From contig JBLDXI010000063.1 in assembly GCA_047495785.1 (NCBI GenBank), forward strand, positions 366,752 through 430,751: a stretch of 64,000 nt of DNA. Direction: 5' to 3'. This document shows positions 27,001-40,500 of this stretch, one piece after another. The position numbers and the translations under genes were made by a program. Position 1 is the first letter of the stretch. Each line of letters starts with the position of its first letter. The stretch is from Lepidodermella squamata (Eukaryota; Animalia; Gastrotricha). The notes beneath the pieces were generated by a model, which worked only from the letters and a program-made list of their open reading frames with translations, was not told the DNA's origin and made no database searches.

Positions 27001-30000
27001 GCCGTTTAAAGTACTGCCGGTATTCGGCATCATGCCCACTCGTGGCGAATCAACGCCATCCGTGAATCATTCGATCGTGGCAGCAATTGCAAACGCAATA
27101 GCACTCGATTGAGGCACATCGCTGTTGACGCGTTATTCGTAGCGAGCCTGAGCGGGCTAACATGGCTGTTTTCAGCCGTCGCACGTACTGCCGGTATTCG
27201 GCATCATGCACACTCGTGGCGAATCAACGCCATCCGTGCATCATTCGATCGTGGCAGCAATTGCAAACGAAATAGCACCCGATTGAGGCACATCGCTGTT
27301 GACGCGGTATTCGTAGCGAGCCTGAGCGGGCTGACATGGCTGTTTTCAGCCATCGCACGTACTGCCGGTATTCGGCATCATGCCCACTCGTGGCAAATCA
27401 ACGCAATCCGTACATCATTCGATCGTGGCAGCAATTGCAAACGAAATAGCACCCGTTTGAGGCACATCGCTGTTGACGCGGTATTCCCAGCGAGCCTGAG
27501 CGGGCTAACATGGTTGTTTTCAGCCGTTTAAAGTACTGCCGGTATTCGGCATCATGCCCACTCGTGGCGAATCAACGCCATCCGTGCATCATTCGATCGT
27601 GGCAGCAATTGCAAACGCAATAGCACCCGATTGAGGCACATCGCTGTTGACGCGGTATTCGTAGCGAGCCCGAGCGGGCTAACATGGCTGTTTTCAGCCG
27701 TCGCACGTACTGCCGGTATTCGGCATCATGCACACTCGTGGCGAATCAACGCCATCCGTGCATCATTCGATCGTGGCAGCAATTGCAAACGAAATAGCAC
27801 CCGATTGAGGCACATCGCTGTTGACACGGTATTCGCAGCAAGCCTGAGCGGGCTGACATGGCTGTTTTCAGCCATCGCACGTACTGACGGTATTCGGCAT
27901 CATGCACACTCGTGGCGAATCAACGCCATCCGTGCATCATTCGATCGTGGCAGCAATTGCAAACGAAATAGCACCCGATTGAGGCACATCGCTGTTGACG
28001 CGGTATTCGTAGCGAGCCTGAGCGGGCTAACATGGCTGTTTTCAGCCGTCGCACGTACTGCCGGTATTCGGCATCATGCACACTCGTGGCGAATCAACGC
28101 CATCCGTGCATCATTCGATCGTGGCAGCAATTGCAAACGAAATAGCACCCGATTGAGGCACATCGCTGTCGACGCGGTATTCGCAGCGAGCCTGAGCGGG
28201 CTGACATGGTTGTTTTCAGCCGTTTAAAGTACTGCCGGTATTCGGCATCATGCCCACTCGTGGCGAATCAACGCCATCCGTGCATCATTCGATCGTGGCA
28301 GCAATTGCAAACGCAATAGCACCCGATTGAGGCACATCGCTGTTGACGCGGTATTCGTAGCGAGCCTGAGCGGGCTAACATGGCTGTTTTCAGCCGTCGC
28401 ACGTACTGCCGGTATTCGGCATCATGCACACTCGTGGCGAATCAACGCCATCCGTGCATCATTCGATCGTGGCAGCAATTGCAAACGAAATAGCACCCGA
28501 TTGAGGCACATCGCTGTTGACGCGGTATTCGCAGCAAGCCTGAGCGGGCTGACATGGCTGTTTTCAGCCATCGCACGTACTGCCGGTATTCGGCATCATC
28601 CCACTCATGGCGAATCTACGCCATCCGTGCATCATTCGATCTTGGCAGCAATTGCAAACGAAATAGCACCCGATTGAGGCACATCGCTGTCGACGCGGTA
28701 TTCGCAGCGAGCCTGAGCGGGCTGACATGGTTGTTTTCAGCCGTTTAAAGTACTGCCGGTATTCGGCATCATGCCCACTCGTGGCGAATCAACGCCATCC
28801 GTGCATCATTCGATCTTGGCAGCAATTGCAAACGAAATAGCACCCGATTGAGGCACATCGCTGTTGACGCGGTATTCGCAGCAAGCCTGAGCGGGCTAAC
28901 ATGGCTGTTTTCAGCCGTTTCACGTACTGCCGGTATTCGGCATCATGCCCACTCGTGGCAAATCAACGCAATTCGTACATCATTCGATCGTGGCAGCAAT
29001 TGCAAACGAAATAGCACCCGATTGAGGCACATCGCTGTTGACGCGGTATTCCCAGCGAGCCTGAGCGGGCTAACATGGCTGTTTTCAGCCGTCACACGTA
29101 CTGCCAGTATTCGGCATCATGCCCACTCGTGGCGAATCAACGCCATCCGTGCATCATTCGATCGTGGCAGCAATTGCAAACGAAATAGCACCCGATTGAG
29201 GCACATCGCTGTCGACGCGGTATTCGCAGCGAGCCTGAGCGGGCTGACATGGTTGTTTTCAGCCGTTTAAAGTACTGCCGGTATTCGGCATCATGCCCAC
29301 TCGTGGCGAATCAACGCCATCCGTGCATCATTCGATCTTGGCAGCAATTGCAAACGAAATAGCACCCGATTGAGGCACATCGCTGTCGACGCGGTATTCG
29401 CAGCGAGCCTGAGCGGGCTGACATGGTTGTTTTCAGCCGTTTAAAGTACTGCCGGTATTCGGCATCATGCCCACTCGTGGCGAATCAACGCCATCCGTGA
29501 ATCATTCGATCGTGGCAGCAATTGCAAACGCAATAGCACTCGATTGAGGCACATCGCTGTTGACGCGTTATTCGTAGCGAGCCTGAGCGGGCTAACATGG
29601 CTGTTTTCAGCCGTCGCACGTACTGCCGGTATTCGGCATCATGCACACTCGTGGCGAATCAACGCCATCCGTGCATCATTCGATCGTGGCAGCAATTGCA
29701 AACGAAATAGCACCCGATTGAGGCACATCGCTGTTGACGCGGTATTCGTAGCGAGCCTGAGCGGGCTGACATGGCTGTTTTCAGCCATCGCACGTACTGC
29801 CGGTATTCGGCATCATGCCCACTCGTGGCAAATCAACGCAATCCGTACATCATTCGATCGTGGCAGCAATTGCAAACGAAATAGCACCCGTTTGAGGCAC
29901 ATCGCTGTTGACGCGGTATTCCCAGCGAGCCTGAGCGGGCTAACATGGTTGTTTTCAGCCGTTTAAAGTACTGCCGGTATTCGGCATCATGCCCACTCGT

Positions 30001-31500
30001 GGCGAATCAACGCCATCCGTGCATCATTCGATCGTGGCAGCAATTGCAAACGCAATAGCACCCGATTGAGGCACATCGCTGTCGACGCGGTATTCGCAGC
30101 GAGCCTGAGCGGGCTGACATGGTTGTTTTCAGCCGTTTAAAGTACTGCCGGTATTCGGCATCATGCCCACTCGTGGCGAATCAACGCCATCCGTGCATCA
30201 TTCGATCTTGGCAGCAATTGCAAACGAAATAGCACCCGATTGAGGCACATCGCTGTCGACGCGGTATTCGCAGCGAGCCTGAGCGGGCTGACATGGTTGT
30301 TTTCAGCCGTTTAAAGTACTGCCGGTATTCGGCATCATGCCCACTCGTGGCGAATCAACGCCATCCGTGAATCATTCGATCGTGGCAGCAATTGCAAACG
30401 CAATAGCACTCGATTGAGGCACATCGCTGTTGACGCGTTATTCGTAGCGAGCCTGAGCGGGCTAACATGGCTGTTTTCAGCCGTCGCACGTACTGCCGGT
30501 ATTCGGCATCATGCACACTCGTGGCGAATCAACGCCATCCGTGCATCATTCGATCGTGGCAGCAATTGCAAACGAAATAGCACCCGATTGAGGCACATCG
30601 CTGTTGACGCGGTATTCGTAGCGAGCCTGAGCGGGCTGACATGGCTGTTTTCAGCCATCGCACGTACTGCCGGTATTCGGCATCATGCCCACTCGTGGCA
30701 AATCAACGCAATCCGTACATCATTCGATCGTGGCAGCAATTGCAAACGAAATAGCACCCGTTTGAGGCACATCGCTGTTGACGCGGTATTCCCAGCGAGC
30801 CTGAGCGGGCTAACATGGTTGTTTTCAGCCATCGCACGTACTGCCGGTATTCGGCATCATGCCCACTCGTGGCAAATCAACGCAATCCGTACATCATTCG
30901 ATCGTGGCAGCAATTGCAAACGAAATAGCACCCGATTGAGGCACATCGCTGTCGACGCGGTATTCGCAGCGAGCCTGAGCGGGCTGACATGGTTGTTTTC
31001 AGCCGTTTAAAGTACTGCCGGTATTCGGCATCATGCCCACTCGTGGCGAATCAACGCCATCCGTGCATCATTCGATCGTTGCAGCAATTGCAAACGCAAT
31101 AGCACCCGATTGAGGCACATCGCTGTTGACGCGGTATTCGTAGCGAGCCTGAGCGGGCTAACATGGCTGTTTTCAGCCGTCGCACGTACTGCCGGTATTC
31201 GGCATCATGCACACTCGTGGCGAATCAACGCCATCCGTGCATCATTCGATCGTGGCAGCAATTGCAAACGAAATAGCACCCGATTGAGGCACATCGCTGT
31301 TGACGCGGTATTCGCAGCAAGCCTGAGCGGGCTGACATGGCTGTTTTCAGCCATCGCACGTACTGCCGGTATTCGGCATCATCCCACTCATGGCGAATCT
31401 ACGCCATCCGTGCATCATTCGATCTTGGCAGCAATTGCAAACGAAATAGCACCCGATTGAGGCACATCGCTGTCGACGCGGTATTCGCAGCGAGCCTGAG
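15001..31500 (+). repeat. Satellite domain B, mostly exact 174-bp monomers
   Basis: No +21 insertion. Diagnostic variants are TTCCCAGCG, GGCTAATC, GATCTTGG, CCGTGAATC, GCGTTATT, AGCCCGAGC and ACTGACGG, with frequent GTTTAAAG. Boundaries are gradual and approximate. Confidence 0.75.
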
Positions 31501-34500
31501 CGGGCTGACATGGTTGTTTTCAGCCGTTTAAAGTACTGCCGGTATTCGGCATCATGCCCACTCGTGGCGAATCAACGCCATCCGTGCATCATTCGATCGT
31601 GGCAGCAATTGCAAACGCAATAGCACCCGATTGAGGCACATCGCTGTTGACGCGGTATTCGTAGCGAGCCTGAGCGGGCTAACATGGCTGTTTTCAGCCG
31701 TCGCACGTACTGCCGGTATTCGGCATCATGCACATTCGTGGCGAATCTACGCCATCCGTGCATCATTCGATCGTGGCAGCAATTGCAAACGCAATGGCAG
31801 CCGATTGAGGCACATCGCTGTTGACGCGGTATTCGCAGCAAGCCTGAGCGGGCTGACATGGCTGTTTTCAGCCATCGCACGTACTGCCGGTATTCGGCAT
31901 CATGCCCACTCGTGGCGAATCAACGCCATCCGTGCATCATTCGATCGTGGCAGCAATTGCAAACGAAATAGCACCCGATTGAGGCACATCGCTGTTGACG
32001 CGGTATTCCCAGCGAGCCTGAGCGGGCTAACATGGCTGTTTTCAGCCGTCACACGTACTGCCGGTATTCGGCATCATGCCCACTCGTGGCGAATCAACGC
32101 CATCCGTGCATCATTCGATCGTGGCAGCAATTGCAAACGCAATAGCACCCGATTGAGGCACATCGCTGTTGACGCGGTATTCGTAGCGAGCCTGAGCGGG
32201 CTAACATGGCTGTTTTCAGCCGTCGCACGTACTGCCGGTATTCGGCATCATGCCCACTCGTGGCGAATCAACGCCATCCGTGCATCATTCGATCGTGGCA
32301 GCAATTGCAAACGAAATAGCACCCGACTGAGGCACATCGCTGTTGACGCGGTATTCGCAGCAAGCCTGAGCGGGCTGACATGGCTGTTTTCAGCCATCGC
32401 ACGTACTGCCGGTATTCGGCATCATCCCACTCATGGCGAATCTACGCCATACGTGCATCATTCGATCGTGGCAGCAATTGCAAACGCAATGGCAGCCGAT
32501 TGAGGCACATCGCTGTTGACGCGGTATTCGCAGCAAGCCTGAGCGGGCTGACATGGCTGTTTTCAGCCATCGCACGTACTGCCGGTATTCGGCATCATGC
32601 CCACTCGTGGCGAATCAACGCCATCCGTGCATCATTCGATCGTGGCAGCAATTGCAAACGCAATAGCACCCGATTGAGGCACATCGCTGTTGACGCGGTA
32701 TTCGTAGCGAGCCTGAGCGGGCTAACATGGCTGTTTTCAGCCGTCGCACGTACTGCCGGTATTCGGCATCATGCCCACTCGTGGCGAATCAACGCCATCC
32801 GTGCATCATTCGATCGTGGCAGCAATTGCAAACGAAATAGCACCCGATTGAGGCACATCGCTGTTGACGCGGTATTCGCAGCAAGCCTGAGCGGGCTGAC
32901 ATGGCTGTTTTCAGCCATCGCACGTACTGCCGGTATTCGGCATCATCCCACTCATGGCGAATCTACGCCATACGTGCATCATTCGATCGTGGCAGCAATT
33001 GCAAACGCAATGGCAGCCGATTGAGGCACATCGCTGTTGACGCGGTATTCGCAGCAAGCCTGAGCGGGCTAACATGGCTGTTTTCAGCCGTCGCACGTAC
33101 TGCCGGTATTCGGCATCATGCACATTCGTGGCCATTCGTTCAACGGCATCCGTGCATCATTCGATCGTGGCAGCAATTGCAAACGCAATGGCAGCCGATT
33201 GAGGCACATCGCTGTTGACGCGGTATTCGCAGCGAGCCTGAGCGGGCTAACATGGCTGTTTTCAGCCGTCGCACGTACTGCCGGTATTCGGCATCATGCA
33301 CACTCGTGGCGAATCAACGCCATCCGTGCATCATTCGATCGTGGCAGCAATTGCAAACGAAATAGCACCCGATTGAGGCACATCGCTGTTGACGCGGTAT
33401 TCGCAGCAAGCCTGAGCGGGCTAACATGGCTGTTTTCAGCCGTCACACGTACTGCCGGTATTCGGCATCATGCCCACTCGTGGCAAATCAACGCAATCCG
33501 TACATCATTCGATCGTGGCAGCAATTGCAAACGAAATAGCACCCGATTGAGGCACATCGCTGTTGACGCGGTATTCCCAGCGAGCCTGAGCGGGCTAACA
33601 TGGATGTTTTCAGCCGTCACACGTACTGCCAGTATTCGGCATCATGCCCACTCGTGGCGAATCAACGCCATCCGTGCATCATTCGATCGTGGCAGCAATT
33701 GCAAACGAAATAGCACCCGATTGAGGCACATCGCTGTTGACGCGGTATTCGCAGCAAGCCTGAGCGGGCTGACATGGCTGTTTTCAGCCATCGCACGTAC
33801 TGCCGGTATTCGGCATCATCCCACTCATGGCGAATCTACGCCATCCGTGCATCATTCGATCGTGGCAGCAATTGCAAACGCAATGGCAGCCGATTGAGGC
33901 ACATCGCTGTCGACGCGGTATTCGCAGCGAGCCTGAGCGGGCTGACATGGTTGTTTTCAGCCGTTTAAAGTACTGCCGGTATTCGGCATCATGCCCACTC
34001 GTGGCGAATCAACGCCATCCGTGCATCATTCGATCGTGGCAGCAATTGCAAACGCAATAGCACCCGATTGAGGCACATCGCTGTTGACGCGGTATTCGTA
34101 GCGAGCCTGAGCGGGCTGACATGGCTGTTTTCAGCCATCGCACGTACTGCCGGTATTCGGCATCATCCCACTCATGGCGAATCTACGCCATCCGTGCATC
34201 ATTCGATCGTGGCAGCAATTGCAAACGCAATGGCAGCCGATTGAGGCACATCGCTGTTGACGCGGTATTCGCAGCAAGCCTGAGCGGGCTGACATGGCTG
34301 TTTTCAGCCATCGCACGTACTGCCGGTATTCGGCATCATGCCCACTCGTGGCGAATCAACGCCATCCGTGCATCATTCGATCGTGGCAGCAATTGCAAAC
34401 GCAATAGCACCCGATTGAGGCACATCGCTGTTGACGCGGTATTCGTAGCGAGCCTGAGCGGGCTAACATGGCTGTTTTCAGCCGTCGCACGTACTGCCGG

Positions 34501-37500
34501 TATTCGGCATCATGCACATTCGTGGCGAATCTACGCCATCCGTGCATCATTCGATCGTGGCAGCAATTGCAAACGCAATGGCAGCCGATTGAGGCACATC
34601 GCTGTTGACGCGGTATTCGCAGCAAGCCTGAGCGGGCTGACATGGCTGTTTTCAGCCATCGCACGTACTGCCGGTATTCGGCATCATGCCCACTCGTGGC
34701 GAATCAACGCCATCCGTGCATCATTCGATCGTGGCAGCAATTGCAAACGAAATAGCACCCGATTGAGGCACATCGCTGTTGACGCGGTATTCCCAGCGAG
34801 CCTGAGCGGGCTAACATGGCTGTTTTCAGCCGTCACACGTACTGCCGGTATTCGGCATCATGCCCACTCGTGGCGAATCAACGCCATCCGTGCATCATTC
34901 GATCGTGGCAGCAATTGCAAACGCAATAGCACCCGATTGAGGCACATCGCTGTTGACGCGGTATTCGTAGCGAGCCTGAGCGGGCTAACATGGCTGTTTT
35001 CAGCCGTCGCACGTACTGCCGGTATTCGGCATCATGCCCACTCGTGGCGAATCAACGCCATCCGTGCATCATTCGATCGTGGCAGCAATTGCAAACGAAA
35101 TAGCACCCGATTGAGGCACATCGCTGTTGACGCGGTATTCGCAGCAAGCCTGAGCGGGCTGACATGGCTGTTTTCAGCCATCGCACGTACTGCCGGTATT
35201 CGGCATCATCCCACTCATGGCGAATCTACGCCATACGTGCATCATTCGATCGTGGCAGCAATTGCAAACGCAATGGCAGCCGATTGAGGCACATCGCTGT
35301 TGACGCGGTATTCGCAGCAAGCCTGAGCGGGCTAACATGGCTGTTTTCAGCCGTCGCACGTACTGCCGGTATTCGGCATCATGCACATTCGTGGCCATTC
35401 GTTCAACGGCATCCGTGCATCATTCGATCGTGGCAGCAATTGCAAACGCAATGGCAGCCGATTGAGGCACATCGCTGTTGACGCGGTATTCGCAGCGAGC
35501 CTGAGCGGGCTAACATGGCTGTTTTCAGCCGTCGCACGTACTGCCGGTATTCGGCATCATGCACACTCGTGGCGAATCAACGCCATCCGTGCATCATTCG
35601 ATCGTGGCAGCAATTGCAAACGAAATAGCACCCGATTGAGGCACATCGCTGTTGACGCGGTATTCGCAGCAAGCCTGAGCGGGCTAACATGGCTGTTTTC
35701 AGCCGTCACACGTACTGCCGGTATTCGGCATCATGCCCACTCGTGGCAAATCAACGCAATCCGTACATCATTCGATCGTGGCAGCAATTGCAAACGAAAT
35801 AGCACCCGATTGAGGCACATCGCTGTTGACGCGGTATTCCCAGCGAGCCTGAGCGGGCTAACATGGATGTTTTCAGCCGTCACACGTACTGCCAGTATTC
35901 GGCATCATGCCCACTCGTGGCGAATCAACGCCATCCGTGCATCATTCGATCGTGGCAGCAATTGCAAACGAAATAGCACCCGATTGAGGCACATCGCTGT
36001 TGACGCGGTATTCGCAGCAAGCCTGAGCGGGCTGACATGGCTGTTTTCAGCCATCGCACGTACTGCCGGTATTCGGCATCATCCCACTCATGGCGAATCT
36101 ACGCCATCCGTGCATCATTCGATCGTGGCAGCAATTGCAAACGCAATGGCAGCCGATTGAGGCACATCGCTGTCGACGCGGTATTCGCAGCGAGCCTGAG
36201 CGGGCTGACATGGTTGTTTTCAGCCGTTTAAAGTACTGCCGGTATTCGGCATCATGCCCACTCGTGGCGAATCAACGCCATCCGTGCATCATTCGATCGT
36301 GGCAGCAATTGCAAACGCAATAGCACCCGATTGAGGCACATCGCTGTTGACGCGGTATTCGTAGCGAGCCTGAGCGGGCTGACATGGCTGTTTTCAGCCA
36401 TCGCACGTACTGCCGGTATTCGGCATCATCCCACTCATGGCGAATCTACGCCATCCGTGCATCATTCGATCGTGGCAGCAATTGCAAACGCAATGGCAGC
36501 CGATTGAGGCACATCGCTGTCGACGCGGTATTCGCAGCGAGCCTGAGCGGGCTGACATGGTTGTTTTCAGCCGTTTAAAGTACTGCCGGTATTCGGCATC
36601 ATGCCCACTCGTGGCGAATCAACGCCATCCGTGCATCATTCGATCGTGGCAGCAATTGCAAACGCAATAGCACCCGATTGAGGCACATCGCTGTTGACGC
36701 GGTATTCGTAGCGAGCCTGAGCGGGCTAACATGGCTGTTTTCAGCCGTCGCACGTACTGCCGGTATTCGGCATCATGCACACTCGTGGCGAATCAACGCC
36801 ATCCGTGCATCATTCGATCGTGGCAGCAATTGCAAACGAAATAGCACCCGATTGAGGCACATCGCTGTTGACGCGGTATTCGCAGCAAGCCTGAGCGGGC
36901 TGACATGGCTGTTTTCAGCCATCGCACGTACTGCCGGTATTCGGCATCATCCCACTCATGGCGAATCTACGCCATCCGTGCATCATTCGATCTTGGCAGC
37001 AATTACAAACGAAATAGCACCCAATTGAGGCACATCGCTGTTGACGCGGTATTCGCAGCAAGCCTGAGCGGGCTAACATGGCTGTTTTCAGCCGTCGCAC
37101 GTACTGCCGGTATTCGGCATCATGCACACTCGTGGCGAATCAACGCCATCCGTGCATCATTCGATCGTGGCAGCAATTGCAAACGAAATAGCACCCGATT
37201 GAGGCACATCGCTGTTGACGCGGTATTCGCAGCAAGCCTGAGCGGGCTAACATGGCTGTTTTCAGCCGTCACACGTACTGCCGGTATTCGGCATCATGCC
37301 CACTCGTGGCAAATCAACGCAATCCGTACATCATTCGATCGTGGCAGCAATTGCAAACGAAATAGCACCCGATTGAGGCACATCGCTGTTGACGCGGTAT
37401 TCCCAGCGAGCCTGAGCGGGCTAACATGGATGTTTTCAGCCGTCACACGTACTGCCAGTATTCGGCATCATGCCCACTCGTGGCGAATCAACGCCATCCG

Positions 37501-40500
37501 TGCATCATTCGATCGTGGCAGCAATTGCAAACGAAATAGCACCCGATTGAGGCACATCGCTGTTGACGCGGTATTCGCAGCAAGCCTGAGCGGGCTGACA
37601 TGGCTGTTTTCAGCCATCGCACGTACTGCCGGTATTCGGCATCATCCCACTCATGGCGAATCTACGCCATCCGTGCATCATTCGATCGTGGCAGCAATTG
37701 CAAACGCAATGGCAGCCGATTGAGGCACATCGCTGTCGACGCGGTATTCGCAGCGAGCCTGAGCGGGCTGACATGGTTGTTTTCAGCCGTTTAAAGTACT
37801 GCCGGTATTCGGCATCATGCCCACTCGTGGCGAATCAACGCCATCCGTGCATCATTCGATCGTGGCAGCAATTGCAAACGCAATAGCACCCGATTGAGGC
37901 ACATCGCTGTTGACGCGGTATTCGTAGCGAGCCTGAGCGGGCTGACATGGCTGTTTTCAGCCATCGCACGTACTGCCGGTATTCGGCATCATCCCACTCA
38001 TGGCGAATCTACGCCATCCGTGCATCATTCGATCGTGGCAGCAATTGCAAACGCAATGGCAGCCGATTGAGGCACATCGCTGTCGACGCGGTATTCGCAG
38101 CGAGCCTGAGCGGGCTGACATGGTTGTTTTCAGCCGTTTAAAGTACTGCCGGTATTCGGCATCATGCCCACTCGTGGCGAATCAACGCCATCCGTGCATC
38201 ATTCGATCGTGGCAGCAATTGCAAACGCAATAGCACCCGATTGAGGCACATCGCTGTTGACGCGGTATTCGTAGCGAGCCTGAGCGGGCTAACATGGCTG
38301 TTTTCAGCCGTCGCACGTACTGCCGGTATTCGGCATCATGCACACTCGTGGCGAATCAACGCCATCCGTGCATCATTCGATCGTGGCAGCAATTGCAAAC
38401 GAAATAGCACCCGATTGAGGCACATCGCTGTTGACGCGGTATTCGCAGCAAGCCTGAGCGGGCTGACATGGCTGTTTTCAGCCATCGCACGTACTGCCGG
38501 TATTCGGCATCATCCCACTCATGGCGAATCTACGCCATCCGTGCATCATTCGATCTTGGCAGCAATTACAAACGAAATAGCACCCGATTGAGGCACATCG
38601 CTGTTGACGCGGTATTCGCAGCAAGCCTGAGCGGGCTAACATGGCTGTTTTCAGCCGTCGCACGTACTGCCGGTATTCGGCATCATGCACACTCGTGGCG
38701 AATCAACGCCATCCGTGCATCATTCGATCGTGGCAGCAATTGCAAACGAAATAGCACCCGATTGAGGCACATCGCTGTTGACGCGGTATTCGCAGCAAGC
38801 CTGAGCGGGCTAACATGGCTGTTTTCAGCCGTTTCACGTACTGCCGGTATTCGGCATCATACCCACTCGTGGCAAATCAACGCAATCCGTACATCATTCG
38901 ATCGTGGCAGCAATTGCAAACGAAATAGCACCCGATTGAGGCACATCGCTGTTGACGCGGTATTCGCAGCGAGCCTGAGCGGGCTGACATGGCTGTTTTC
39001 AGCCGTCGCACGTACTGCCGGTATTCGGCATCATCCCACTCATGGCGAATCAACGCCATCCGTGCATCATTCGATCGTGGCAGCAATTGCAAACGAAATA
39101 GCACCCGATTGAGGCACATCGCTGTTGACGCGGTATTCGCAGCAAGCCTGAGCGGGCTGACATGGCTGTTTTCAGCCATCGCACGTACTGCCGGTATTCG
39201 GCATCATCCCACTCATGGCGAATCTACGCCATCCGTGCATCATTCGATCGTGGCAGCAATTGCAAACGCAATGGCAGCCGATTGAGGCACATCGCTGTCG
39301 ACGCGGTATTCGCAGCGAGCCTGAGCGGGCTGACATGGTTGTTTTCAGCCATCGCACGTACTGCCGGTATTCGGCATCATGCCCACTCGTGGCGAATCAA
39401 CGCCATCCGTGCATCATTCGATCGTGGCAGCAATTGCAAACGCAATAGCACCCGATTGAGGCACGTCGCTGTTGACGCGGTATTCGCAGCAAGCCTGAGC
39501 GGGCTGACATGGCTGTTTTCAGCCGTCGCACGTACTGCCGGTATTCGGCATCATGCACACTCGTGGCGAATCAACGCCATCCGTGCATCATTCGATCGTG
39601 GCAGCAATTGCAAACGCAATGGCAGCCGATTGAGGCACATCGCTGTCGACGCGGTATTCGCAGCGAGCCTGAGCGGGCTGACATGGTTGTTTTCAGCCGT
39701 TTAAAGTACTGCCGGTATTCGGCATCATGCCCACTCGTGGCGAATCAACGCCATCCGTGCATCATTCGATCGTGGCAGCAATTGCAAACGCAATAGCACC
39801 CGATTGAGGCACATCGCTGTTGACGCGGTATTCGTAGCGAGCCTGAGCGGGCTAACATGGCTGTTTTCAGCCGTCGCACGTACTGCCGGTATTCGGCATC
39901 ATGCACACTCGTGGCGAATCAACGCCATCCGTGCATCATTCGATCGTGGCAGCAATTGCAAACGAAATAGCACCCGATTGAGGCACATCGCTGTTGACGC
40001 GGTATTCGCAGCAAGCCTGAGCGGGCTGACATGGCTGTTTTCAGCCATCGCACGTACTGCCGGTATTCGGCATCATCCCACTCATGGCGAATCTACGCCA
40101 TCCGTGCATCATTCGATCGTGGCAGCAATTGCAAACGCAATGGCAGCCGATTGAGGCACATCGCTGTTGACGCGGTATTCGCAGCAAGCCTGAGCGGGCT
40201 AACATGGCTGTTTTCAGCCGTCGCACGTACTGCCGGTATTCGGCATCATGCACATTCGTGGCCATTCGTTCAACGGCATCCGTGCATCATTCGATCGTGG
40301 CAGCAATTGCAAACGCAATGGCAGCCGATTGAGGCACATCGCTGTTGACGCGGTATTCGCAGCGAGCCTGAGCGGGCTAACATGGCTGTTTTCAGCCGTC
40401 GCACGTACTGCCGGTATTCGGCATCATGCACACTCGTGGCGAATCAACGCCATCCGTGCATCATTCGATCGTGGCAGCAATTGCAAACGAAATAGCACCC

